A stretch of DNA of 64,000 nt from Lachnospiraceae bacterium UBA1766 (GTDB lineage: Bacteria; Bacillota; Clostridia; Lachnospirales; Lachnospiraceae): NCBI GenBank assembly GCA_002314715.1, contig DCGY01000021.1, positions 10,458 through 74,457 on the forward strand, read 5' to 3'. Under the pieces are notes generated by a model. That model saw only the letters and a list, made by a program, of their open reading frames with translations. It did not search any database and was not told the origin of the DNA. This document shows positions 17,172 through 27,068 of this stretch, in pieces (position 1 is the stretch's first letter; each line of letters opens with the position of its first letter). The position numbers were made by a program, and so were the translations under genes.

Positions 17172-18101
17172 TTACACTTCATTGTGCCAATATTCCTTGT
17201 TGGTGGTAATACGAAGCACCCACTTTCTGGGTAGCATACGGTAATGTTTTCCAAGGAAATACCCTACATATTTACTGAAACACTGCATATAAAATGCCGG
17301 CAGCTTGGAAAGCATATGATTTTCCCGGAAATATCCGGTAGCGGCCGCCACCAGCTTCTTTCCCTCCGATTCGGACTTCACCTGACCAAACACCTCCGGA
17401 TGGTCTGCCTGCGAAACGCCCAAATCAAAATTTCTTCGAAGCTGCTGCTTATTGGTATAATTATGTGCATGATATACCTGTGCCTGTGCCTCGTAGGCAA
17501 TTTTGTAATCCTTTTTGATAACACCGGCCGCATAAATCATATCTTCGTTAAAGATTGCCTGACGAATAAATCCACCCAGCTCCTCGTAAATGTCTCTTCG
17601 ATAAGCAGCGCATACATTGGAGCAGAAAAAGGTTTTGATTCCCAATCTCTCCAAATCCTCTTTGGATTTGATACAGGATTCCTCCGGGTAGTTAAACTGA
17701 CGACTTACCAACTCCAGCACGCCACTCTGCTCTGTGGCCAGCTGTCTGGCATACGCCACCGCTACATCCCCTTTTAAATTCTGAATGAGATTCTCCAGAA
17801 GCTTATCGTCCTTCGGCATGGCGTCCTGGGTCATCATCACAAAAATTTCTCCATCCGACCTGCGAACGCCCTTCCTTCTGGTTCCGCCGTGATCAAATTC
17901 TCTTTTGGAAAGATGGTACACTTTCACATTTTTATATTGCTCCAAATCCCGCAATCCGTAAAAGGCCTGCTCAAAGTACTTTTCTTCCGTATTCATCAGA
18001 ATAATCTGGGAAGGCACAATGGTTTGATGCTCCAATTTATCAATCAACTGAAGCAGTTCATTTCCGGGTTTATATGTAGGAATAATAATATCAATTTTCA
18101 T
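17172..18101 (-). CDS. GT2 glycosyltransferase (rhamnosyltransferase-like)
   Basis: IIIPTY, FDHGGTR, MTQDA, AYARQ, FCSNVCAAYRR, FNED. Confidence 0.9.
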   Translation of the reverse strand: MKIDIIIPTYKPGNELLQLIDKLEHQTIVPSQIILMNTEEKYFEQAFYGLRDLEQYKNVKVYHLSKREFDHGGTRRKGVRRSDGEIFVMMTQDAMPKDDKLLENLIQNLKGDVAVAYARQLATEQSGVLELVSRQFNYPEESCIKSKEDLERLGIKTFFCSNVCAAYRRDIYEELGGFIRQAIFNEDMIYAAGVIKKDYKIAYEAQAQVYHAHNYTNKQQLRRNFDLGVSQADHPEVFGQVKSESEGKKLVAAATGYFRENHMLSKLPAFYMQCFSKYVGYFLGKHYRMLPRKWVLRITTNKEYWHNEV

Positions 18102-18158
18102 GAATGAATTTCCTTTTGATGGATTTCTTTACACTTGCCTATTATACCCTATCTAACC

Positions 18159-18187
18159 AAAAAAGTCGACACACTGTGCCGACTTTT
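18159..18187 (-). terminator. Intrinsic terminator downstream of the LCP gene
   Basis: AAAAGTCG-ACAC..GTGC-CGACTTTT inverted repeat. Confidence 0.7.
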
Positions 18188-18209
18188 CCTTACGTTAAAA
18201 GAAGCTTTT

Positions 18210-19328
18210 TTATTGACTGATATGAATATACTTGGAAGCATCTGCCTTAATTTGCTGGCTGTATTCCTTTACCTTATCGGATACCACATAATCTGCATCC
18301 TCAAACAGGAACTGATGCAACCATACTACATTGCTCTCCAAATCTACAGGGATAACGCAGTCACCCTTTGCTCCCAAGGTACCGGTGGTACGCATGGTTT
18401 CCTCCGGGAAGCCACCTTCCTCGGTAATATGATACTTGGTAATATTCTTGATTAAGTCTAACATATCTTCCTGGTCAAGACTGGTAAAGATATCCTTTAC
18501 TACCACGCCGAATACATCGGTCAGGGTATTGAGATCCGCCTTCTTTGCCTGCTCCTCAATAGCCTTTAATACTTCTCTCTGACGCCAAGCACGCTTATAG
18601 TCATCACCACCGCCGTAACGAATACGACAGTAAGCTGCCGCCTGAAGACCGTCCAGCTTCTGGTAACCGGTTTCTGTTACCGGTACATAAGAGCACTTCA
18701 AAACCTTCTCTGCAATGGTAATCTGGTAATTGTTGATGTGCTGAAGCTCTGTCTTATCAATATCAATGTAAATACCGCCAAGTCCGTCTACCAGCTCTCT
18801 CAAAGCCTTGTAGCCTACGGTTACGAAGTCGGTAATATCCAAATCCAGGTTCTTATTTAACATCATAATTGCGGGAGTAGGACCACCCTTCAGATCCACA
18901 CCGTTTACTTTACCGATACTGTATGCGGAATTACATTTTGCATAGTAATTGGTGTCATCGGTATTTAAATAGGTATCACGATATACGCTGACCAGCTTGA
19001 TTGCACCGGTGTCCATATTAATGCTGGCAATCATAATACTATCGGTACGGCTACCGCTGTAAAGCTCTGCATCGTTTGTAGCATCCACACCAAAGAGAGC
19101 GATGTTGCGATATCCTTTCATCTGTACGTTTTCTTTTACCTCTTCCGGAATTTCCAGTTGCAATTTGTCATTGTCCAAAACAACGGTCTGAGGACCTGAC
19201 TTCTCCGGCTCCGTTACCTTCCATACACGGGATACGATGTAAAACATCGCTACAATTACAATCAGTTCAATCGCCAAAAGAATAAACTTGCCGACTTTCT
19301 TTGAACCACTTTTTGATGACTTAGCCAT
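18210..19328 (-). CDS. LytR-CpsA-Psr (LCP) glycopolymer ligase
   Basis: N-terminal TM, NIALFGVD, RTDSIMI, SVYRDTY, LDGLQA.AYCRIR, DYKRAWRQR. Confidence 0.93.
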   Translation of the reverse strand: MAKSSKSGSKKVGKFILLAIELIVIVAMFYIVSRVWKVTEPEKSGPQTVVLDNDKLQLEIPEEVKENVQMKGYRNIALFGVDATNDAELYSGSRTDSIMIASINMDTGAIKLVSVYRDTYLNTDDTNYYAKCNSAYSIGKVNGVDLKGGPTPAIMMLNKNLDLDITDFVTVGYKALRELVDGLGGIYIDIDKTELQHINNYQITIAEKVLKCSYVPVTETGYQKLDGLQAAAYCRIRYGGGDDYKRAWRQREVLKAIEEQAKKADLNTLTDVFGVVVKDIFTSLDQEDMLDLIKNITKYHITEEGGFPEETMRTTGTLGAKGDCVIPVDLESNVVWLHQFLFEDADYVVSDKVKEYSQQIKADASKYIHISQ

Positions 19329-19355
19329 AATAACTTACTTCTCCTTGCTGTATCC

Positions 19356-20762
19356 TTAATAAGCATTTTTATTTACGAACCCTGTAAAGAAGGTCATAAA
19401 TATTATTTTTATATCGAAGCCCAATGTCCAGTTTTCGATATAATAAATATCGTATTCAATACGCTTGCGAATGGAAGTGTCTCCCCGCAAACCGTTTACC
19501 TGTGCCCAGCCGGTAAGTCCCGGTCGAACCTGATGCTTTACCATATATCTGGGGATTTCTTCCTTGAACTTCTCTACAAACTGAGGCCGTTCCGGTCTGG
19601 GACCTACCAGACTCATATCTCCCTTTAAAATATTGAAAAGCTGAGGCAGCTCATCAATACTGGTCTTTCGAATAAATTTACCGATACCGGTCACTCGGGG
19701 ATCATCCCGTACCGTCCAGCCTTTCTTCTCTTCTCCCGCTGTCTGCAAACGCATACTTCGGAATTTGTACATATAGAACGGTTTATTGTGAAGTCCCACT
19801 CGTTCCTGTTTAAAAATAATCGGTCCCGGGCTGGTCAGTTTAATCAGAATCGCACACACCAGCATAATCGGCGAGGTAATCACAATACCAAACAAAGCTC
19901 CGATGATATCCATCCATCTTTTGACCAATCCGTTTCCGGTATTGGTAAGAGGCACATAGCGAATGTTAATAACCGGCAGCCCCAATAAATCCTCGGTATA
20001 GGGTTTTGTGGGAATAACACTGTTGTAATCCGGAATAAACTTTGTGTGAACACCGGATTTCTCACAAATAGCCACAATCTCCTCCAAATAATCATAATCC
20101 CGAAGAGGAAGGGTAATGGCAATTTCATCCAGCTTGTTTTCCGGTAAAATAATCTCCAAATTACCGATGGAGCCAATTACCTTGACGCCCTTGTAAAGCG
20201 TTCCCGCCGGAATATGATTGTCCAAAATGCCGCAAACCACGTATCCCCACTGAGGGTTCTCCAGGATACGGTCAATGTATTCCTCGGAGGCTCTGGAATA
20301 ACCCACCAACAGAATATGCTTCAGATTATAGCCCTTCTTGCGAATGGATCGAAGGCTTTTACGAAGGAAAACACGAACCAGAATCAGCAGGAAATTGTTT
20401 GAGAAATAAAACAAACCCATGACCGATCTGGAAAAGTTGATTTCACGCACCACCATATACAGTACGATAATCAATGCCGCAAGTCCTACGGTATTAGCCT
20501 GCAGAATTGCAAAAAACTCCGTCTGACTCTTAGAGGTTCTTTTGGGTGTATACACACCACAGCTGTTATACAAAAATAAATAGGCCGGAACAATGTAAAT
20601 CAGAAGTTTTGCATATTCAATCCAAGGCAAAACTCCTACTCCGGGCCCATGCTGGAATACATAAAATTTTATAAAATAGCTCAGTATTAACGCAACCGCG
20701 GTCACAGCGGCATCAATTAATACCAGCAATCGGTTAAATACTCTCTGATTGTCTTTTATCAT
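19356..20762 (-). CDS. Undecaprenyl-phosphate glucose phosphotransferase (WcaJ/CpsE-type priming enzyme)
   Basis: KRWMDI, FKQERVG, YKFRSM, DELPQL.N.L.GDMSLVGPRPER, PGLTGWAQ. Confidence 0.95.
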   Translation of the reverse strand: MIKDNQRVFNRLLVLIDAAVTAVALILSYFIKFYVFQHGPGVGVLPWIEYAKLLIYIVPAYLFLYNSCGVYTPKRTSKSQTEFFAILQANTVGLAALIIVLYMVVREINFSRSVMGLFYFSNNFLLILVRVFLRKSLRSIRKKGYNLKHILLVGYSRASEEYIDRILENPQWGYVVCGILDNHIPAGTLYKGVKVIGSIGNLEIILPENKLDEIAITLPLRDYDYLEEIVAICEKSGVHTKFIPDYNSVIPTKPYTEDLLGLPVINIRYVPLTNTGNGLVKRWMDIIGALFGIVITSPIMLVCAILIKLTSPGPIIFKQERVGLHNKPFYMYKFRSMRLQTAGEEKKGWTVRDDPRVTGIGKFIRKTSIDELPQLFNILKGDMSLVGPRPERPQFVEKFKEEIPRYMVKHQVRPGLTGWAQVNGLRGDTSIRKRIEYDIYYIENWTLGFDIKIIFMTFFTGFVNKNAY

Positions 20763-20836
20763 AACGCCACCCGCTAAATTACTCTGCTACAATTATAGAA
20801 TACCCTATTGTTTTTAAGATATTATTAAGCTAATTC

Positions 20837-21811
20837 TTAAGATTTCATAATAATTTGGACACAGGCAGCATATAATTGTAGTTGGATGGACAGATAATGT
20901 CTCAGATTGCAAGGTAAAAAACGTATCTTTTTCTCTTTTCCCTCCTTGGAAAAGCCTTTTTTCAGACCCTTCCTAAGACCGGTTAAGTAGGTTTTTCCCA
21001 TCTTTTTTCTGCAGAAGAACAGGAACTTTACAAAATATCCAAGCAATAAAAAGGGCAGATTCACAAGAAGCTGTAACAGAGGCATATTTTTCAAAACCAT
21101 ATATACATTGTTTGCCGCACAGATTTCCGTCTTCCAGGCATTGTATCTGGAACCGGTGGAAGCACTTCCAAAATGAACCACCTTCGCTTGGGGTTCATAA
21201 TAATTCTTATAGCCGTAAATTTGAGCCCGATAGCCCAAATCCATGTCCTCCAAATAGGCAAAATGCGCTTCGTCCAAAAGACCAATCCGATCCAACACCG
21301 ATTTCTTGTAAATTGCCGCACCACCGCAGGCAGAAAAAATCCTGCAAGGCTTCTCAAATTCCGTTGCAGGTTTTCCTTTTCCCCTGGCAAATCCCCATCC
21401 GAATACACAGTAGCGATCTCCCGCACCATCCATTCGGTCCGGTCGGTCCCACATGAGCATTCTGGCACTCACAGAAAAAGCATCCGCCTTTTGCGTGATG
21501 CTTTTATACAGTGCTCCCACGAAACAAGAATCCACCTTGGTATCATTATTCAATAAAATCAGATAAGGACTTTGTGACGCTTCGATTCCCACATTTACCG
21601 CATGACAAAATCCCGTATTCTCCGAAAGTGCAATCACCCGCACCTTGGGAAAAAGCTCTCTTGTCTGCTCCAGGCTGCCGTCGGTGGATCCATTATCCAC
21701 CACCAGCACCTCATATTCGGGAGCGTCCTCTTGGAAAAGCAACGCATCCAGGCAGTCCTTCATGTATTTCATTCCGTTATAATTGGGAATTATTACTGTG
21801 ATTTCTGCCAT
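20837..21811 (-). CDS. GT2 glycosyltransferase
   Basis: VIIPNYNG, VVDNGSTDGS, N.GF..AVN.G, LLNNDT, YLEDMDLGYR. Confidence 0.92.
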   Translation of the reverse strand: MAEITVIIPNYNGMKYMKDCLDALLFQEDAPEYEVLVVDNGSTDGSLEQTRELFPKVRVIALSENTGFCHAVNVGIEASQSPYLILLNNDTKVDSCFVGALYKSITQKADAFSVSARMLMWDRPDRMDGAGDRYCVFGWGFARGKGKPATEFEKPCRIFSACGGAAIYKKSVLDRIGLLDEAHFAYLEDMDLGYRAQIYGYKNYYEPQAKVVHFGSASTGSRYNAWKTEICAANNVYMVLKNMPLLQLLVNLPFLLLGYFVKFLFFCRKKMGKTYLTGLRKGLKKGFSKEGKEKKIRFLPCNLRHYLSIQLQLYAACVQIIMKS

Positions 21812-21826
21812 GGTTGCTCCTTTTCT

Positions 21827-23251
21827 TTATGCGTAAGGATCTTCTTCGGGATTTCCTCCCTCGTTTTCCTGTTCAAATTCTTCCGGATCTGCAGGTCCCA
21901 TCTGCTTGGGGTACCATAACATACGATATCCGTTTTCTTCCATTGCCTTTCCGAAGGCCAGGCTAAGCTTCTCGTAGTCTACGTCTCTGGGGAAAGGTGC
22001 TGTATCAAAATAGCCGTCCTCGGTCTCAAAATAACCGTAACCGGTAGCTTTTGCAAAGATCATACGACACTCTTCACGAACACGAAGATTTCGAATATCC
22101 AAAGCATAAGTATCCTTGGCATAAAGACTGTCGGAATCCATGTACTTACCTACATAGTCGATATAACCGTCCTCCTGGATACTGCCGCTGATGATACGGT
22201 CATTCTGATCTCCTACCGGACCACCTACCGCACCAACATCGGGACGACTTTCAAAGATTTCTCCCTGATATACCAGGTTATAGAAACCTACATGTGCCAG
22301 TTCCTCTACGGTTGCATGAATACCATTATTGTCTGCATAATCCTGTAATGCTCTCTTACCTGCCTCATAAGCATATGCCTTTGCCTGCGGATTTGCGGAA
22401 GCAGAGTTCGCATGGCATCTCCAGTGATAAAGAACCTTGGGAACATGGCAAATCTGTCTGGAACCCTTTATGGTCTGTGCCATCTTACAAGCGGTACGAA
22501 GTACCAGATCGAAATCCTGTGCCCCGTCATATTCGGAACGAAGAGGATTCTTCTCAAATAAATCTCTGTGCATTACCAGGAAGTGGCAGATATAATTATT
22601 GGACAGAATATGGTCCATGTTAAAATCTGTCTTACGGTTTACATCATAGTAATCCCCGTCCGCACCACTCCATTTATCCTCATCGGAGTAGAGGAAGGTA
22701 TATTCGGTTTCTTTTTTCTTACCATCGATGACAGCCTTTGCCATCTCAAATAAAGCATCGGTGGTCAAAGTGTCGTCGTGATCCAAAAAGCCTACATATT
22801 TCTTCTGTGCATAACGGAATGCCTCGTTGGTATTCTTGGCAATTCCACCGTTTTCGCCCAAATGAATATAGTGAATCTGATCCTTCCACTGTCCGGTCAT
22901 CTTCTCTACACAAATTTTTAATACATCACTGGGACTGGAATCTACCAAAATCAATTCCCAGTAAGGATAAGACTGGTCCTCTACGGACGTAATCATCTCT
23001 CGAAGGAAACCGGCATCGGTACGATACAAGGGCACCAAAATGCTGAAAGCCAGTTCTCTGCCGGATGCCTCATAAAGTCCTGATGATTCCTTTCTCTGTT
23101 TATCCCATGTGGCCTTATCAATCGGCGCATAGGTATATTTTACCTGTTCTTCCCCCATTCGTTCTGAAACCGCACGAACGGTACTCTTCAGTCCGTTCCT
23201 TTTGAAAAAGCTTAATGTTTTGTTAACATTATCCATGAAATTGCCTGCCAT
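21827..23251 (-). CDS. GT2 glycosyltransferase with a remnant second GT2 domain
   Basis: SILVPLY, FLDHDD, YSDEDK, GAQDFDL, VLYHWR; short RPDVGAVG remnant; start MAGNF at 23251. Confidence 0.88.
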   Translation of the reverse strand: MAGNFMDNVNKTLSFFKRNGLKSTVRAVSERMGEEQVKYTYAPIDKATWDKQRKESSGLYEASGRELAFSILVPLYRTDAGFLREMITSVEDQSYPYWELILVDSSPSDVLKICVEKMTGQWKDQIHYIHLGENGGIAKNTNEAFRYAQKKYVGFLDHDDTLTTDALFEMAKAVIDGKKKETEYTFLYSDEDKWSGADGDYYDVNRKTDFNMDHILSNNYICHFLVMHRDLFEKNPLRSEYDGAQDFDLVLRTACKMAQTIKGSRQICHVPKVLYHWRCHANSASANPQAKAYAYEAGKRALQDYADNNGIHATVEELAHVGFYNLVYQGEIFESRPDVGAVGGPVGDQNDRIISGSIQEDGYIDYVGKYMDSDSLYAKDTYALDIRNLRVREECRMIFAKATGYGYFETEDGYFDTAPFPRDVDYEKLSLAFGKAMEENGYRMLWYPKQMGPADPEEFEQENEGGNPEEDPYA

Positions 23252-23361
23252 GATACTTCTCCATTTCCCCAATTACATCTTTTTTCTATCTTTTGCCATA
23301 TCTTTTTGATGTCTTCGGAAAGAAAATCGCAAAAAAGATATAGCCTACTATACTGTACCAC

Positions 23362-23400
23362 AAAAACAGAGAAGTGCAAAGCACTTCCCTGTCTGTTTTT
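23362..23400 (-). terminator. Intrinsic terminator downstream of pgm
   Basis: AAAAACAG-AGAAGTGC-AAA-GCACTTCC-CTG..TTTTT. Confidence 0.65.
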
Positions 23401-23459
23401 CATAAATTTTTTATTAAAATTCACTACAATTTTTTGGTTATTTCCACAAGAATCCCAAA

Positions 23460-25181
23460 TTAAATCAAAGCCTTCAAATCTTCTGTCAACTGTGCTACGC
23501 GCGCATTTGCATCTTCGATGCTCTGGCCCTTCACACCCATGTAAAATTTAATCTTCGGCTCGGTTCCGGAAGGTCTTGCACAACACCACTCGTCTCCGGG
23601 AAGTTCGAAGTACAATACATTTGACTTGGGAAGTCCGGTAGTGGTCTTCTCACCGGTAGCCATATCTACGATGACATCGTTCTGATAATCTCTGAACTTC
23701 AAAACCTTGCGCTCGCCAAATGCCTTGGGAGGATTCTGACGAAGTTTTTCCATGATTTCTGCAATCTGCTTGGAACCGTCGATACCCTTTAAGGTAATGG
23801 TGTACTGTGTCTCCTTGAAGTAACCGTACTTCTCATAAAGTTCAACCATCATATCCCAAAGAGTCTTGCCCTGATTCTTGCAGAATGCGGCAACCTCACA
23901 CAGACACATTACTGCTACGATTGCATCCTTGTCTCTTGCATGAGTACCTGCCAGACATCCGTAGGACTCCTCCAAACCGAATACATAATTGTTGCTTCCG
24001 GTCTGCTCAAAGAACTTAATCTGCTCACCGATAAACTTAAATCCGGTCAATACTTCAATTAATTTCAAGCCATATGCCTTGGTAATCGGGAAGGTCATAT
24101 TGGTGGTAACGATTGTGGTAACAAGTGCAGGATTTGCAGGCATGGTACCTGTAGCGGTCTTCTCACGAAGGAGATACTCTGCAATCAGCATACCGGACAT
24201 ATTTCCGGTGAAAGGAACGTATTCGCCGGTCTTCTGATCCTTTGCATATACACCCAGTCTGTCTGCATCGGGATCGGTTGCAAGTACGATATCTGCATCC
24301 TTTTCCTTTGCAAGACGAAGCGCATAGGTAAATGCCTTGGGATCTTCCGGATTGGGGTAATCCAAAGTAGTAAAGTTCGGATCCGGATTCTCCTGCTCGG
24401 GAACAACGTATACATTCTTAAAGCCAAGCTCGGAAAGAACTCTCTGTACAGGCTTATTACCGGTACCACATAAAGGAGTGTATACAATCTTAATATCATT
24501 TGCTACCTTTGCAATGATGTCGGGATGGATAATCTGCTTCTTCAACTCTACCATGTACTTGTCATCGATTTCCTTGCCGATTACTTCGTACAAGCCTGCA
24601 GCAATTGCAGCATCCTTATCCATGGTCTTGCAATCCTTGTAATCTTTGATTGCCTTTACTTCATCAATAATCTGAACATCCTTGGGTGCGGTAACCTGTG
24701 CGCCGTCCTCCCAATAAACCTTATATCCATTGTATTCCGGCGGGTTGTGGCTGGCTGTTACCACGATACCTGCGGTACAACCCAGGGTGCGAAGTGCAAA
24801 AGAAAGCTCGGGAGTCGGTCTTAAGCTCTCAAATACATAAGCCTTAATTCCGTTTGCTGCAAGACAAAGACCTGCAACATCCGCAAATTCGGGAGACATT
24901 CTTCTGGAGTCATATGCAATTGCAACACCCTTTGCCTGTGTTCCCTGCTTTAAGATAAAATTTGCAAGGCCCTGAGTAGCCTTACGTACAGTATATACAT
25001 TCATACGATTGGTACCTGCTCCGATTACACCACGAAGACCACCGGTACCGAATTCCAACTCTTTGTAAAAACGCTCTTCAATTTCGGTTGCATTGTTGCG
25101 AATAGCAAGAAGCTCGTTCTTGGTATCCTGATCAAAATATGCATCCTCTAACCAGAAATTAAATTCATCCATGAAACTCAT
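23460..25181 (-). CDS. pgm: Phosphoglucomutase/phosphomannomutase
   Basis: LEFGTGGLRG, TASHNP phosphoserine loop, DPDADR, EESYG, RPSGTEPK. Likely start MSFMDEF at 25181. Confidence 0.95.
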   Translation of the reverse strand: MSFMDEFNFWLEDAYFDQDTKNELLAIRNNATEIEERFYKELEFGTGGLRGVIGAGTNRMNVYTVRKATQGLANFILKQGTQAKGVAIAYDSRRMSPEFADVAGLCLAANGIKAYVFESLRPTPELSFALRTLGCTAGIVVTASHNPPEYNGYKVYWEDGAQVTAPKDVQIIDEVKAIKDYKDCKTMDKDAAIAAGLYEVIGKEIDDKYMVELKKQIIHPDIIAKVANDIKIVYTPLCGTGNKPVQRVLSELGFKNVYVVPEQENPDPNFTTLDYPNPEDPKAFTYALRLAKEKDADIVLATDPDADRLGVYAKDQKTGEYVPFTGNMSGMLIAEYLLREKTATGTMPANPALVTTIVTTNMTFPITKAYGLKLIEVLTGFKFIGEQIKFFEQTGSNNYVFGLEESYGCLAGTHARDKDAIVAVMCLCEVAAFCKNQGKTLWDMMVELYEKYGYFKETQYTITLKGIDGSKQIAEIMEKLRQNPPKAFGERKVLKFRDYQNDVIVDMATGEKTTTGLPKSNVLYFELPGDEWCCARPSGTEPKIKFYMGVKGQSIEDANARVAQLTEDLKALI

Positions 25182-25283
25182 ATTCATTAACCTCATTTCT
25201 GCCCAATCAGGCGATTCCGTTCCAAACAACGCTGAACTTGGAACAATTATATCACAACCTCTGTCGGCATTCCATACTCAAAA

Positions 25284-27068
25284 TCAAAAGTTATTCTTTT
25301 TTCCAACAATTTCTGCCAGACTATACTGAATCCGAACCTTTTTGCCCAAATACAATTTCTCGAAGCAGTCAATAATTCTCCGAATAACAAGCTCCGCATT
25401 TTCCGGGGAAGAATTTAATAAAACCACCATGGTCTGAATGCTGGAATAGCGCGTGGAAATATCTGCCCGTCGCAGGGAATTATAAATTGCCTGGTCCAGC
25501 AAATCCAACACCTGGGACATTTCCTCCGAATCAAGCGGATTCGCCTCATCTACCGGAAGCAGGGTGAATAAAACAGAAACCACCTGCCGGTTCTCTCGTT
25601 CGATAAAACGCTTGATAAAGTTATAAATATGGTGGAAGCTTTCAAAATCCAGCATATATGCGCCTCGACCGTTATCGGAACGACTAAGCATTTCACCCAG
25701 ATATGCCAGATCCACATCCCGGTTGGCACGTTTTTGCTCCTCTAAAATGTTGTCACTGAAGAATCGATAAAAATTCTTGCCGTTATTCTTTACATAGTAC
25801 AATGCCTTATCGCTGCAGCGGTACAGTTTTTCGAAGGTGTCACCGTCCTGGTCTGAAATAGAAATACCGATGGATACGGAGGTTTTCACATCATAACCCT
25901 TTTTTTGAATGCGGGCATTTAAGCTACGAATCACATCGCTGGCAAGCCCGGACAGCTCCGAGCGATTGGTCTTGTTGGGAAGGAATACCACGAACTCATC
26001 TCCACCGATTCTGGACACGATATCCTGCGAAGCTGCATGCTCCCGAAGCGTATCCGCGAACAGATTCAGTACCACATCTCCCTCCAAATGTCCGTAGGTG
26101 TCGTTGATTGCCTTAAAATTATCCAAATCAATCATAAACAAGGCACCATTTACTCCGGCCTGCAGCAGTTCGTCGGTCTTTTGCTTTGTATACTCTCTGT
26201 TCCACAATCCGGTGAGGGCATCCCGATAGGATTTCACTCGGATATCATCTACCTCCTGGGTTTTCTTATCCAGCTTCCGTGCCAGACTCAGACGGTATTC
26301 CTCCAGTTCCAGGATATGATTCACGCGGGCTTTTACCACGCTGGGAACAAAGGGTTTTGTAATAAAATCCTGGGCTCCGGAATCAAAGCATCGGGTTTCG
26401 GTAACCGCATCACTGTCAGAAGTAAGGAAAACCACCGGAATTTTTGCCGTATTTTCATCCTTTTTGATTCTCTCCAAAACCTGAAAGCCGTCCAGTCCGG
26501 TCATATTGATATCCAATAAAATCAAATCACAGGAATGGCTTTTCAGATATAACAATCCCTGAAGACCCTCTTCAAACGTTTCCACCCGGTAATCCGTTTC
26601 CAAAACAATTCTTGCCGCAGAAAGGCTGACCTTATCGTCATCAATGACCACTATTTGTTTTTTTGAAATGGAGTTGTCCTTTACAGACGTTTCATTCACA
26701 GATTCAGCATCCTTGTCTGTTTTCTGATGCAGAAACAATTTCGCCTCTTCCAAGACCGCTTCATATAATTCGAACAAGACATAATTTTTCTGGCGAATGG
26801 TCTCGTATTGATTCGCTTTTCCGGCCATCTCCAGTTCCTTGGCCAGCTCCGACAAGGATACGGCGCCTATCGTCAGGGAGTTACTCTTTAGGGCATGCAC
26901 CTTCACCACATAGGTATTCCAGTCCTCCTCCCGAAGAGCTGTCTGAAGGAAGTTCTTTATACCATCCGAATTGTCAATATAATCCTGAAGAATACTTCGG
27001 TAAAACTCTTCATCGCCACCGGTATAATCCAGACCGACCTGATAATCAAATACTGTTGTTTTCATCAT
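25284..27068 (-). CDS. Hpt-REC-GGDEF diguanylate cyclase with degenerate C-terminal GGDEF-like domain
   Basis: VHALKS (Hpt), VIDD..LLDINM..DFITKP (REC), DALTGLWNR, IDLDNFK.IND.YGH..GD, RIGGDEF; tail SLRRADISTRYS. Confidence 0.9.
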   Translation of the reverse strand: MMKTTVFDYQVGLDYTGGDEEFYRSILQDYIDNSDGIKNFLQTALREEDWNTYVVKVHALKSNSLTIGAVSLSELAKELEMAGKANQYETIRQKNYVLFELYEAVLEEAKLFLHQKTDKDAESVNETSVKDNSISKKQIVVIDDDKVSLSAARIVLETDYRVETFEEGLQGLLYLKSHSCDLILLDINMTGLDGFQVLERIKKDENTAKIPVVFLTSDSDAVTETRCFDSGAQDFITKPFVPSVVKARVNHILELEEYRLSLARKLDKKTQEVDDIRVKSYRDALTGLWNREYTKQKTDELLQAGVNGALFMIDLDNFKAINDTYGHLEGDVVLNLFADTLREHAASQDIVSRIGGDEFVVFLPNKTNRSELSGLASDVIRSLNARIQKKGYDVKTSVSIGISISDQDGDTFEKLYRCSDKALYYVKNNGKNFYRFFSDNILEEQKRANRDVDLAYLGEMLSRSDNGRGAYMLDFESFHHIYNFIKRFIERENRQVVSVLFTLLPVDEANPLDSEEMSQVLDLLDQAIYNSLRRADISTRYSSIQTMVVLLNSSPENAELVIRRIIDCFEKLYLGKKVRIQYSLAEIVGKKNNF

